Shown here one piece after another: positions 24,155 to 32,000 of a DNA stretch of 32,000 nt (its first letter is position 1; each line of letters opens with the position of its first letter). The stretch comes from an uncultured Chloroflexia bacterium (lineage in GTDB: Bacteria > Chloroflexota > Anaerolineae > Anaerolineales > Anaerolineaceae), in the NCBI GenBank assembly GCA_963704755.1, contig OY969938.1, forward strand, positions 4,290,001 to 4,322,000, in the 5' to 3' direction. The position numbers and the translations under genes are program-made. The notes below the pieces were generated by a model that had not been told where the DNA came from, did no database searches, and was given only the letters and a program-made list of their open reading frames with translations.

Positions 24155-25138
24155 ATGGAAAGTGCAATCGGGATTAAACCTGCGCACATGCGCCCGTTGG
24201 CGACCCGCCGCGACCTGGCTGCCGTCGCCGACCTGGTGGAATTGTGCTTTGCCGACACAATGGACGCAGATGGCCGAGATTATTTACGTCACTTGCGACG
24301 TCTTTCGCTGCAAGGATTTGGCTTTTTGGGTGATTCTCCCCTTCCGCCGGAAGCGAACTTGCTGCCGGTGCAGGGCCTGGTCTGGGAAGAAGATGGCAAG
24401 ATCGTAGGAAACCTGACCATCATCCCTTTCACTCGCAAAGGCAGCCGTATTTATCTCATCGCAAACGTGGCTACGCATCCGGTGTATCGGCGGCGGGGGA
24501 TCGCCCGCAGCCTGACCCTGGCCGCGTTGGAGTACCTGCGTAAAAAGAATGCGGATAATATCTGGCTGCACGTGCGGTCCGATAACCCGGGCGCCCAGGA
24601 CCTGTACCGTTCGATCGGGTTCAAAGATCAATTTCGGCGCACCACCTGGCTGTGGGAGCCGGGAGGATTGCCGTACCGGAACCCTGCTCCGCAGGGCATC
24701 GAAGTTGTCCCACGCCTTAAAAAGGATTGGCGGCTTCAATCGGAATGGTTGAGCCGGATTTACCCACCTGAGGTGACCTGGAACCTGGCCTTGAACAAAG
24801 ACCGCTTCAAACCTGGGTTTTTTAGAGAAATGACGCAGGTGCTGATGGGTGAAGATCTGCTGCAGCTTTCCGCTCGCCAAAACGGGCACCTGATCGGTGT
24901 AGCGAGTTGGGAGCCGAGCCACATGTATGCGGACAATATCTGGGCAGCGACAGCCTCCGGCCTGGAAAATGAGGCTATCGGCGCGATGCTGCCGGTCATG
25001 ATCCGCTGGGTGCGGCGCTTACGTCCGATGACGGTTAATTTTCCCGATGGTTTGGGGCAGGAAGGGTTCTTGAAATCCGGTTTCCAGCCCAACATTAACC
25101 TGATCTGGATGAAATACAGCCTGGATGTAATCGCCTAA
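24155..25138 (+). CDS. GNAT family N-acetyltransferase with an extra C-terminal domain
   Basis: VATHPVYRRRGIARSLTLAALEYLR (acetyl-CoA motif) and WLHVRSDNPGAQDLYRSIGF. An alternative start is ATG 24188 (MRPLATRRDL...). Confidence 0.8.
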   Translation: MESAIGIKPAHMRPLATRRDLAAVADLVELCFADTMDADGRDYLRHLRRLSLQGFGFLGDSPLPPEANLLPVQGLVWEEDGKIVGNLTIIPFTRKGSRIYLIANVATHPVYRRRGIARSLTLAALEYLRKKNADNIWLHVRSDNPGAQDLYRSIGFKDQFRRTTWLWEPGGLPYRNPAPQGIEVVPRLKKDWRLQSEWLSRIYPPEVTWNLALNKDRFKPGFFREMTQVLMGEDLLQLSARQNGHLIGVASWEPSHMYADNIWAATASGLENEAIGAMLPVMIRWVRRLRPMTVNFPDGLGQEGFLKSGFQPNINLIWMKYSLDVIA

Positions 25139-25351
25139 ATCGCCGAATCCTGGCAGTGCTTTGAAAACCCACCTGGGTAGAAGTTATCTGCCGGAGCAAG
25201 GGACAATCGCGTACTTGAAAATGATCCCGAGGCGCAAGAGCCTTGGGGAAGGTTATCAAGAAGAACAAAGAATGCAACTGCTCAAGCTGCTTTTTAGTAA
25301 TTCGTTTTTTTACCTGCCGGGTCGAGCAGTTGCCACTGAAAAGGAGTTACG

Positions 25352-25729
25352 ATGAGAAGATTGATCTTCCGCCTGTTAATCAACGCCGTGGCGCTGTGGG
25401 CAGCGATCGCCTTGTTGAATGGCACTTACATTTTCCCCAGCTCGAATAACTGGCTGGATATTTTGCTGCTGGCCCTGATCTTTGGGATCATCAATGCTAT
25501 TATCCGGCCGATACTGGTGGCTGCCAGTTGCCCGCTGCTTATCTTGACTTTGGGATTGGGAACGCTGTTGATCAACACGGCCATGTTTGCCCTGGCCGGC
25601 TGGATTGGCAATCAGTGGGGCTTTGGCTTCACCACCAACGGTTTTATCGGCGCTTTTCTGGGTGCGTTGATCACCAGTGTGGTCAGCGTAATCCTCAGCA
25701 TGATTTTTCGCAGTGAGTTGAGACGATAG
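25352..25729 (+). CDS. Phage_holin_4_2 / YvlD-like small membrane protein
   Basis: 125 aa with 4 TM. MRRLIFRLLINAVALWAAIALL...GIINAIIRPIL...LINTAMFALAGWI is typical of this family. Confidence 0.78.
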   Translation: MRRLIFRLLINAVALWAAIALLNGTYIFPSSNNWLDILLLALIFGIINAIIRPILVAASCPLLILTLGLGTLLINTAMFALAGWIGNQWGFGFTTNGFIGAFLGALITSVVSVILSMIFRSELRR

Positions 25730-25742
25730 ATCTATCCATGAT

Positions 25743-25778
25743 AAAAAAGCCTCCGCATTCGCGGAGGCCTTTTTATTT
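25743..25778. terminator. Canonical intrinsic terminator (bidirectional form)
   Basis: A6 - gcctccgc - attc - gcggaggc - cT5. Confidence 0.85.
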
Positions 25779-25793
25779 ATGTTACCGGAAAAG

Positions 25794-25850
25794 TCTCGAA
25801 TTTGAGGTGTTTGTGCGGGCTTCGCCCGCACAAACACCTCAAATTCGAGA
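25794..25850. repeat. 27-bp perfect-stem palindrome with a 3-nt loop (H8), GAATTTGAGGTG family, GCTTCGC apex
   Basis: tctcgaatttgaggtgtttgtgcgggc - ttc - gcccgcacaaacacctcaaattcgaga. It lies between convergent genes, just after a normal terminator. Confidence 0.95.
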
Positions 25851-25867
25851 TTATTGCAAAACAAATA

Positions 25868-28800
25868 CTAAGGCTGGGACTGAGACTGGGTGGTGGGCGC
25901 CGGGACGGTGAAGTGCAGCAAGTCGTTGTTGCCGGAGTCGCTGACCCACACGCCGCCGTTTTGGTCGGCCTTAATACCGGTGGGGAGATTGAACCCATCC
26001 GTGCCGGTGCTGTAATCCCCCCAGGTTTGCAGGAACTGGCCATCCTCGCTGAACTCAAGCACACGGAAACCCTCGGGATCGGTCACAAAGACGTGCCCGG
26101 CGTTATCCACCGTGATAAAAGGTTTGTTGTCCAGCGATTGGCTGGTCCAGCCGGAGATATCCCAATTGCGCAAGGGGAGAGCCTTGTTGGTGCTTTTATC
26201 CAATGTGAGTGCCTGGACACGCTGGTTCCAGGTATCGGCGATGTAGATTACATCGCTAGATGTGATGGCGATACCGACGTTCTCGTCGAACTGGCCGGGA
26301 TCAATCCCGGAGGTACCAAACTGGGTCACATACGTGCCGTCGGGGTTGAAGACCACGACACGCTTATTGCCGGTATCGGCAACATAAAGGAGGCCCTGAG
26401 CATCGAAGGCAAGGTCGCGCGGGCCATAGAGGGCATCAGGTTGGTCGGCCTGGCCAAAGGAGCCCCAGGAGGTCACAAACTGGCCGTCCGCGGTGAATTT
26501 TTGGATACGGTAGTTCCAGGTGTCGGCCACATAGACGTAGCCGTCCTTATCGACGGCCACTCCCCAAGGCTCATTGAAAGTGCCGTTCGGAGCCGTGGCA
26601 GTATCCGAGCTGGTGCCATAGCTGCCCCAGGCTTTGAGGAAGGTACCGTCGGCAGCGAAGTGCTCGATGCGGTTGTTGCCGGCGTCGGCCACATAGATCG
26701 ATCCATCCGGGGCGAGGGCAATACCGCGCGGCGACTTTAATTGGCCAGGATCACTGCCGGCCTGGCCTATGATCTTGTCCGGGGCTAATTGGATGGCTCC
26801 CTTCTGGTAAGGATCCGCGGTTGCCTCGTTGGCCGTCGCGGAAGGCGTGGCGCCATAGTTCCAAATTTGGGAGACGAGGTCCTTGCTGATGTACACGCGC
26901 ATCGTCTCGCTGGGCTGCCAGGTCGCATCGGTGAGGTTATTGTTTTTGGTCAGGCTAGCGTAGAGGGTGTAGTCGCGGTCAAACCAGATTTGGAAAAGGG
27001 CTGCCCGGTACGCGGGGTCTTTGAGCGCGCCCCAAATCCGGTCCCAGGTCAGGTTGAAGTAATCCATATTGGGCCAGACCAGGCGCTCGTAATTGAACGA
27101 CACGTATGAATTCTTGGTCAGGCTGTCGAGTTTGTCCAGGTTGTCGCCGGCGATAATTATCGGGTAGTTGAGCAAATCGCGGGTGATGTTATCGGTGGTG
27201 AAATAGAACTTGTTGGGGAAGTTGCGGAAGTACCACCAATAGGGGTAAAGCGCTTCGCTATCGTACGCCACTTTCAAATCAAGTCCACCGGTGACCCGGT
27301 TGGAAATGTCCACGACCTCGTTGTAAACCTCTTTGGGACCGGCCGGGGAGTGAGCATAGACGATATATTCCATGCCGGACATATCTTTGATGTAGTTGGC
27401 GCGATAGCTTGTGCGGATGGTCAAGACGGCCAAGAAGGCCGAGAAAACGACCACGAACAAGCGTAAGGTTTGGGAGCTAGTCCAGTCGCGCAGCACACGC
27501 AATATGCCCCAACCGGAAAGCAAGAATCCTGCGCCGGAGACGACAAAATTCGAGGTTGCGCGCAGTTGATCGAGCGTATCACCCTGAAAGGGCAAATTAT
27601 TACCCAAAACCGAACCCAACAAACCGCCCAGGCTGGTGATGAATACCGGCAGGAGCAGAAGGGCAATCCAGGCTTTGTGTTCTTTGAGTTTAGACCATTG
27701 GGTACTGTCGATCAGGTAGCCAAAACCCCAGGCCGCCGTGAGCAGAACCGGCAGGGCAATGTGCACAGTCAGCCAGGGCATCTTTTCGCCGGAGAAGGTG
27801 TAAGCGACCAGTGCGGTCACTGACCAGAACAGGAACAGCGCCAGGGCGGGGACGGGCATTCTGCGGTTAAGCAGGGACTCGTTTTCAGCGACCAGCACCG
27901 CAGAATCCAAAATGGGTTGGCTCGCTTCTGCATCTGCATCCGGACCTTCTTCCCTTGCAACATCCGCGGATTGATCGCCGGCCAGCCAGTCAGGCACATC
28001 GTCGCGCGGCTCGAGATCATCGCGAGCCGGAGAGTCAGTATGGTAGGTGGACATCTTGCGGTACCGCAGGCCGAAGTAGAGGGCCAACAAGGCGCCGAAG
28101 ATCGCCAGGTATTCGTATACCGGCATTTCTACCAGAGCATAATAATAGAAAGGCTGTGAGCCACGGGCCTCTGCTTGTTGTGCTAACCAGTAGCCGAGTG
28201 ATCCCACGATGCCGGTGAAGAAGCCAAATGTGTTGGTGAAGAAAGTGGTATAGAGGACGGTAAAGATGCCGAAGAACAAGGCCATATTGGCCAGCCAGCG
28301 CTTGATATCCCAGAGTATACCCACCCCAAAGGACAGAGCGGTGAATAAGAGCAGGAATATCGTGGTGTGGATAATCCCGACCGAGGAATAATCGAGCGGG
28401 TCCCAATTTTGGCCAATCGCGACACCGAATTCCTTGACGCCCAGGGCGGTCAGCAGGGGCAGAACCAGGGCCGTCAAAAGCAGCAGCATCTGGAACGAGC
28501 GCTCTTGCTTGATGACCTTCCAACCAATGGACGGGATGAGGACGCCCAACGAAACGACGCCCAACAGCCCCCCAACAACGATACCCAGCACCTCGACCTG
28601 GCTGATCCAGCTCTGGCCGGTGAGCGTATTCGGGTTCAGTTTCGTCACGATCTGGTCGTAGCCGGAGAGTAGGATGGCAAAGATGACCAGCACCAGGGCG
28701 CTGAACAACAGCAAGGTGAACAGGTCGCGGCGTTTTTTGTCCGGCCAGGTGAGGCGGGATACACGCAGCATGAAGATCAATGCCAGGAAGATCATTGCCT

Positions 28801-29401
28801 GGGCGGTATAGATGTAGGCCGTCTCTTTGGTGGCGAATTGCAGCGCAGTGACTGCACTTAGGGTGAGCAGATAGCGATCTTTACCGGTATCCAGGTATTT
28901 CAGGATGGCAAAAAGGGTCAGGACGCCGTATAAGGCGATGTAAAACTCGTTACGGACGTAGCGGCCATAGAAAAGCATGTAAGGCGAAACCAGGAAGAGG
29001 AAACCGGCAATCAACGACCCGGTGCGGCCGATATATTTACGAAAGCAAAACAGCGCTGCGGCAACCGTGGCGATGCTGAAGAGGGCCGAGGGGACACGAG
29101 CGGTGAAATCATTATCGCCGAAGAGGAAGAAGGAAAGGCCGACCAGGTGGAATTGGGCCGGTCCGTGCGTCAATGGGTTGTGCTGGTAACCGCTGCCTGT
29201 GGCCAGCTCCCAGGATGGCACGACGTGATTGATTTCATCGAAAGCCATCGTGCGCGATCCCAATTCGTAAAAACGGCTGACCACTGCCAGGATCAGGATG
29301 ATGACGATGATGAGCGTTTCGACGCGGATCTTGGGGAGCGAGTTCAGGATAGGTCTGTCAAGCCAGGAAGAGGGGGTTTTTGCTTCGATTATCTGTTCCA
29401 T
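25868..29401 (-). CDS. Polytopic GT-C-type (PMT_2/ArnT/TIGR03663-like) membrane glycosyltransferase fused to a C-terminal six-bladed NHL-repeat propeller
   Basis: 1177 aa. The N-terminal ~850 aa have many TM helices and an FDE motif in the first loop. The C-terminal ~290 aa (about 25868-26760) have six NHL blades, for example PRGIALAPDGSIYVADAGNNRIEHF, PWGVAVDKDGYVYVADTWNYRIQKF and PRDLAFDAQGLLYVADTGNKRVVVF. Confidence 0.85.
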   Translation of the reverse strand: MEQIIEAKTPSSWLDRPILNSLPKIRVETLIIVIILILAVVSRFYELGSRTMAFDEINHVVPSWELATGSGYQHNPLTHGPAQFHLVGLSFFLFGDNDFTARVPSALFSIATVAAALFCFRKYIGRTGSLIAGFLFLVSPYMLFYGRYVRNEFYIALYGVLTLFAILKYLDTGKDRYLLTLSAVTALQFATKETAYIYTAQAMIFLALIFMLRVSRLTWPDKKRRDLFTLLLFSALVLVIFAILLSGYDQIVTKLNPNTLTGQSWISQVEVLGIVVGGLLGVVSLGVLIPSIGWKVIKQERSFQMLLLLTALVLPLLTALGVKEFGVAIGQNWDPLDYSSVGIIHTTIFLLLFTALSFGVGILWDIKRWLANMALFFGIFTVLYTTFFTNTFGFFTGIVGSLGYWLAQQAEARGSQPFYYYALVEMPVYEYLAIFGALLALYFGLRYRKMSTYHTDSPARDDLEPRDDVPDWLAGDQSADVAREEGPDADAEASQPILDSAVLVAENESLLNRRMPVPALALFLFWSVTALVAYTFSGEKMPWLTVHIALPVLLTAAWGFGYLIDSTQWSKLKEHKAWIALLLLPVFITSLGGLLGSVLGNNLPFQGDTLDQLRATSNFVVSGAGFLLSGWGILRVLRDWTSSQTLRLFVVVFSAFLAVLTIRTSYRANYIKDMSGMEYIVYAHSPAGPKEVYNEVVDISNRVTGGLDLKVAYDSEALYPYWWYFRNFPNKFYFTTDNITRDLLNYPIIIAGDNLDKLDSLTKNSYVSFNYERLVWPNMDYFNLTWDRIWGALKDPAYRAALFQIWFDRDYTLYASLTKNNNLTDATWQPSETMRVYISKDLVSQIWNYGATPSATANEATADPYQKGAIQLAPDKIIGQAGSDPGQLKSPRGIALAPDGSIYVADAGNNRIEHFAADGTFLKAWGSYGTSSDTATAPNGTFNEPWGVAVDKDGYVYVADTWNYRIQKFTADGQFVTSWGSFGQADQPDALYGPRDLAFDAQGLLYVADTGNKRVVVFNPDGTYVTQFGTSGIDPGQFDENVGIAITSSDVIYIADTWNQRVQALTLDKSTNKALPLRNWDISGWTSQSLDNKPFITVDNAGHVFVTDPEGFRVLEFSEDGQFLQTWGDYSTGTDGFNLPTGIKADQNGGVWVSDSGNNDLLHFTVPAPTTQSQSQP

Positions 29402-29504
29402 ATTCCGGATTTCGATTTGATTGTTTCTTGATTTAAATGAGTACCATTCCGCCAGCGAACGACTTGACTATACTTTAATCCTTAGTTTCTGGCAAGTAAG
29501 AACT

Positions 29505-29557
29505 CCGAATTCGAGGTATGCGCGCGGGCGAAGCCCGCGCGCATACCTCGAATTCGG
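29505..29557. repeat. 25-bp perfect-stem palindrome with a GAA loop (H9) and an exact GCGAAGC apex
   Basis: ccgaattcgaggtatgcgcgcgggc - gaa - gcccgcgcgcatacctcgaattcgg. It lies between divergently transcribed genes. Confidence 0.95.
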
Positions 29558-29610
29558 GACCTTCTTAACAGGAGCCTGAAAAAAAAGATGATATTTATAG
29601 ACGAGATCGA

Positions 29611-29640
29611 TTGACAGGCGCATAGGATGCACTTTATACT
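29611..29640 (+). promoter_or_regulatory. Putative promoter of the MFS operon
   Basis: TTGACA (29611-29616), an 18-nt spacer, then TATACT (29635-29640). Confidence 0.5.
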
Positions 29641-29669
29641 TTCATCTACACCCCATCACTGCCGGAGAA

Positions 29670-30872
29670 ATGAATATGTCTAAGCCTGCCCGTTACCTGA
29701 TGTTTGCGTTGTTATATTTTTCGCAGGGCGCTGTTTTGAGTTATTTCACCTCGCTGAACGCCTTGTACCTGCTTAAATTTAACCTGACCATGAGCGAGAT
29801 TGGCATCATCGGAGCAATTGGCTTGATCCCCTTCGTATTAAAGATTTTCCTGGGCATGCTCAGCGACCGGGTTAACTTTTTGGGCCTGGGTTTCCGCAAG
29901 CCGTACATCATCATCGGCTTATTCGTCCAGGCCGGCTGCCTGGCAATCGTCCCGCTGGTGGACCCGGGTAAAGAATACTGGCTGTTTGCCGGACTGGCTT
30001 TTATGGTGATGTTGGGTATGGCACTCTATGATACCTGTACAGATGGCCTGGCATTGGATACGACCCCGGCGGAAGAAGAGGGCACCATTCAGGGATTTAT
30101 GGTTGGCGGCCGTGCGGTTGGGGTTGTGTTGATTTCGGCGGTTATCGGGCTGCTGGTAGAGCATAATTCCTGGTCCGTGGCGTTTTACGCCCTGGGTATT
30201 TTGACTTTGCTGCCCTTACCGCTGGTCTTTGCGGTCCATGAGGCCGAACGGCGGCCGGACCAGAAATTCGAATGGAAGGCATTCAAGGCCTTTGCCTATT
30301 GGCCGATCATCGCGCTGGGCTTGTTAGGCGCGCTGTACTCGTTGGTGATCAACGGCGCAAATGAGATTGTCAACCCCTTCCTGCAAAGCAAATTCGCCAT
30401 CAGCACCTCCATGGCCGGTTTCGTCACCACCGTCTGGGGCCTGGGAGTGGTATTGGGGTCCGTCACCGGTGGACGCCTGACCGATCGCTGGGGCCAGCGC
30501 CGCTCTGTTTTCAGAGCGATGATCCTGTCGTTGATTGCCGTGGGTTTACTGGCCTTTACCCAGGCGCATTGGCAGGTCTGGCCGCTGGTATTCCTGTTCG
30601 GGTTGGCCTTCGGCTTCTACGAAACGGTTTATTTTGCCATTTCCATGGACCGCACCGACCCGCGCATTGCCGCCTCGATGTTTTCGATATTAATGGCAGT
30701 GGCCAACGTGGGTACCGGGATTGGCCTGGCCATTACCGGCGCGATGGTGGATGGGCTGGGGTACCCGCTCTCCTTCGGGGTGATCGCCCTGCTCAACCTG
30801 ATCGCCCTGCCGCTTTTGCCGGCGATTTTCGGGCGCGGCCGAGCCGCTCAGCCCCAACCGGCTGGGGAATAA
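29670..30872 (+). CDS. MFS transporter (AmpG / BT1 folate-biopterin-like subfamily)
   Basis: 400 aa, about 12 TM. N-terminal YFSQGAVLSYF...PFVLKIFLGMLSDR is typical of this subfamily. ATG 29676 is an alternative start with better RBS spacing. Confidence 0.82.
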   Translation: MNMSKPARYLMFALLYFSQGAVLSYFTSLNALYLLKFNLTMSEIGIIGAIGLIPFVLKIFLGMLSDRVNFLGLGFRKPYIIIGLFVQAGCLAIVPLVDPGKEYWLFAGLAFMVMLGMALYDTCTDGLALDTTPAEEEGTIQGFMVGGRAVGVVLISAVIGLLVEHNSWSVAFYALGILTLLPLPLVFAVHEAERRPDQKFEWKAFKAFAYWPIIALGLLGALYSLVINGANEIVNPFLQSKFAISTSMAGFVTTVWGLGVVLGSVTGGRLTDRWGQRRSVFRAMILSLIAVGLLAFTQAHWQVWPLVFLFGLAFGFYETVYFAISMDRTDPRIAASMFSILMAVANVGTGIGLAITGAMVDGLGYPLSFGVIALLNLIALPLLPAIFGRGRAAQPQPAGE

Positions 30873-30893
30873 GGGCGCCACAGCGGGTAAAGC

Positions 30894-31442
30894 ATGGCTG
30901 ATAAATACCCTGTCCCATTGCCGAACGCGTATTGGGTGATCCCTGGCCGTTTTCTGGCGGGAGAATATCCCGGCGCCATTAACGAACAGGAAGCCCGGCT
31001 TAAGATCGGCAATTTGTTGGGTAGTTCGATTGACGCCTTTCTCGACCTGACCATGCCCGATGAACTGCTGCCGTACGAGCAAATCCTGGTGGAGGAAGCC
31101 GGGAACTGCCGGGTCGAGCCGGTTTACCGGCGTATGTCCATCTACGACCTGTCTATTCCCAGCATCGAAGAGATGAACGCGATCCTGGATGAGATCGATG
31201 CTTTGCTGGAGCAGAATCATAATATTTACCTGCACTGCTGGGGCGGCATCGGCCGTACCGGGACGGTGGTCAGTTGTTACCTGGTCCGCCATGGGTTGGA
31301 CGGCCAGGCGGCCTTGAAGGAATTGCAATGTCTACGGCAGGGTGCATCGAGCGCCAGGCGGCCGAGCCCCGAAACGATCGAACAGCGGCGCTTCGTGATG
31401 CAATGGAAGCTGAGAGGCGAGGTGCAGCCTTATGAAAATTGA
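30894..31442 (+). CDS. Dual-specificity / tyrosine phosphatase-fold protein
   Basis: HCX5R P-loop HCWGGIGRTGTV and an upstream acid D (SIYDLSIP). Confidence 0.85.
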   Translation: MADKYPVPLPNAYWVIPGRFLAGEYPGAINEQEARLKIGNLLGSSIDAFLDLTMPDELLPYEQILVEEAGNCRVEPVYRRMSIYDLSIPSIEEMNAILDEIDALLEQNHNIYLHCWGGIGRTGTVVSCYLVRHGLDGQAALKELQCLRQGASSARRPSPETIEQRRFVMQWKLRGEVQPYEN

Positions 31443-32000
31443 GATGATGGGCCTGGACGATTGCGACCAGGCTGAGGGGCTGGTCGTGGTGATCGATGTG
31501 GTCCGCGCGTTCACCACAGCGGCTTACGCCCTGGCGGGCGGTGTAGAAAAGATCTACCTGGCGGGTGAAATGGATGAGGCGCTCAAACTGCACGAACGCT
31601 TTCCGGAAGCCGGCCTGATGGGCGAGTTGAACGGGAATCGCGTGCCCTATTTCGATCTGTGGAATTCTCCGCGTGAGGTGCTGGAAAAAGGCTCCCGCTG
31701 GAAAACGCTGATCCATCGCTCGAATGCCGGAACGCAAGGGGTAGTGCGGACCCGTAAGGCAAAGATCACGCTGGCGGCCAGTTTTGTGGTGGCAGGTGCG
31801 ACCATTGCAATGATCCAAAATATCGCCCCGGACCAGGTGGCGCTGGTAGCCACCGGGGACCGGGTTGGCGGCGACGGTGGGATCGAGGACGTGGCTTGTT
31901 GCGAATATATCCGCGACATGCTGCTGGGAAAGACCTCCTCCGCCGATGCTTACTTGAAAAAAGCCAGCCAGGTGACCGGCGTCTTCGAACGCAGGCCGGA
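31432..32000 (+). CDS. comB: 2-phosphosulfolactate phosphatase (ComB) family protein; the C-terminal end runs off the window
   Basis: Manual translation with no stop to the window end: MKIEMMGLDDCDQAEGLVVVIDVVRAFTTAAYALAGG...FDLWNSPRE...RSNAGTQG...GIEDVACCEYI. It overlaps the preceding stop by 11 nt. Alternative ATGs lie at 31444 and 31447. Confidence 0.78.
   Translation, partial: MKIEMMGLDDCDQAEGLVVVIDVVRAFTTAAYALAGGVEKIYLAGEMDEALKLHERFPEAGLMGELNGNRVPYFDLWNSPREVLEKGSRWKTLIHRSNAGTQGVVRTRKAKITLAASFVVAGATIAMIQNIAPDQVALVATGDRVGGDGGIEDVACCEYIRDMLLGKTSSADAYLKKASQVTGVFERRP

Noticed and set aside
25794-25850. Long palindromes as integron attC sites or transposon terminal inverted repeats
   Set aside because: There are no GTTRRRY/RYYYAAC core sites, no integrase or transposase, and no target-site duplications visible. 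The arms abut, separated by a 3-nt loop, rather than flanking cargo.
25802-26740. 312-aa plus-strand ORF antisense to the NHL-repeat region. Similar long antisense ORFs lie at 18223-19176, 15702-16373, 3756-4382, 30690-31328 and 31270-31818.
   Set aside because: Each lies entirely opposite a gene with strong family signatures. They have low-complexity, Arg/Gly/Pro-rich composition typical of stop-poor antisense frames in GC-rich DNA. I recognise no motifs in them.

Overview
This 32 kb window is chromosomal DNA of moderate to high GC, about mid-50s % by eye. Gene content suggests a Chloroflexota/Anaerolineae-like organism (a LuxR-TM-Kelch regulator, a GT-C/NHL fusion, many secreted repeat proteins), but that placement is low confidence. 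I support about 27 protein genes. They include clpC, gmd plus an LMW tyrosine phosphatase, treS, a TetR regulator plus an HXXEE membrane protein, an SLT transglycosylase and an M32 carboxypeptidase. They also include an orphan groES, a glutaredoxin, two full-length GNATs and one partial one, an MFS / dual-specificity phosphatase / ComB-like operon, and several secreted or membrane proteins. There is one tRNA-Gly(UCC). Two genes are frameshifted (a VOC/glyoxalase and a Zn-ADH). I see no transposase, integrase, CRISPR array, rRNA or recognisable defence or toxin system. The unusual content is non-coding, and five things stand out. (1) A dispersed family of very long, often perfect palindromes. 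Their stems differ between copies but stay self-complementary, and most carry a GCGAAGC/GCTTCGC apex. (2) An ~85 bp composite repeat (hairpin plus a 29-30 bp box) placed in the same orientation just upstream of the promoters of gmd and of the LuxR-Kelch regulator. (3) A 22 bp x 7 tandem array inside an 870 bp gene-free region. (4) A 34 nt motif present twice with structure-preserving substitutions. (5) A tRNA-like 5' half directly abutting tRNA-Gly, next to an AT-richer islet whose far edge coincides with the ADH frameshift. I cannot show that any of these forms a new biological system. They are structures seen in the sequence, and any function proposed for them is inference.
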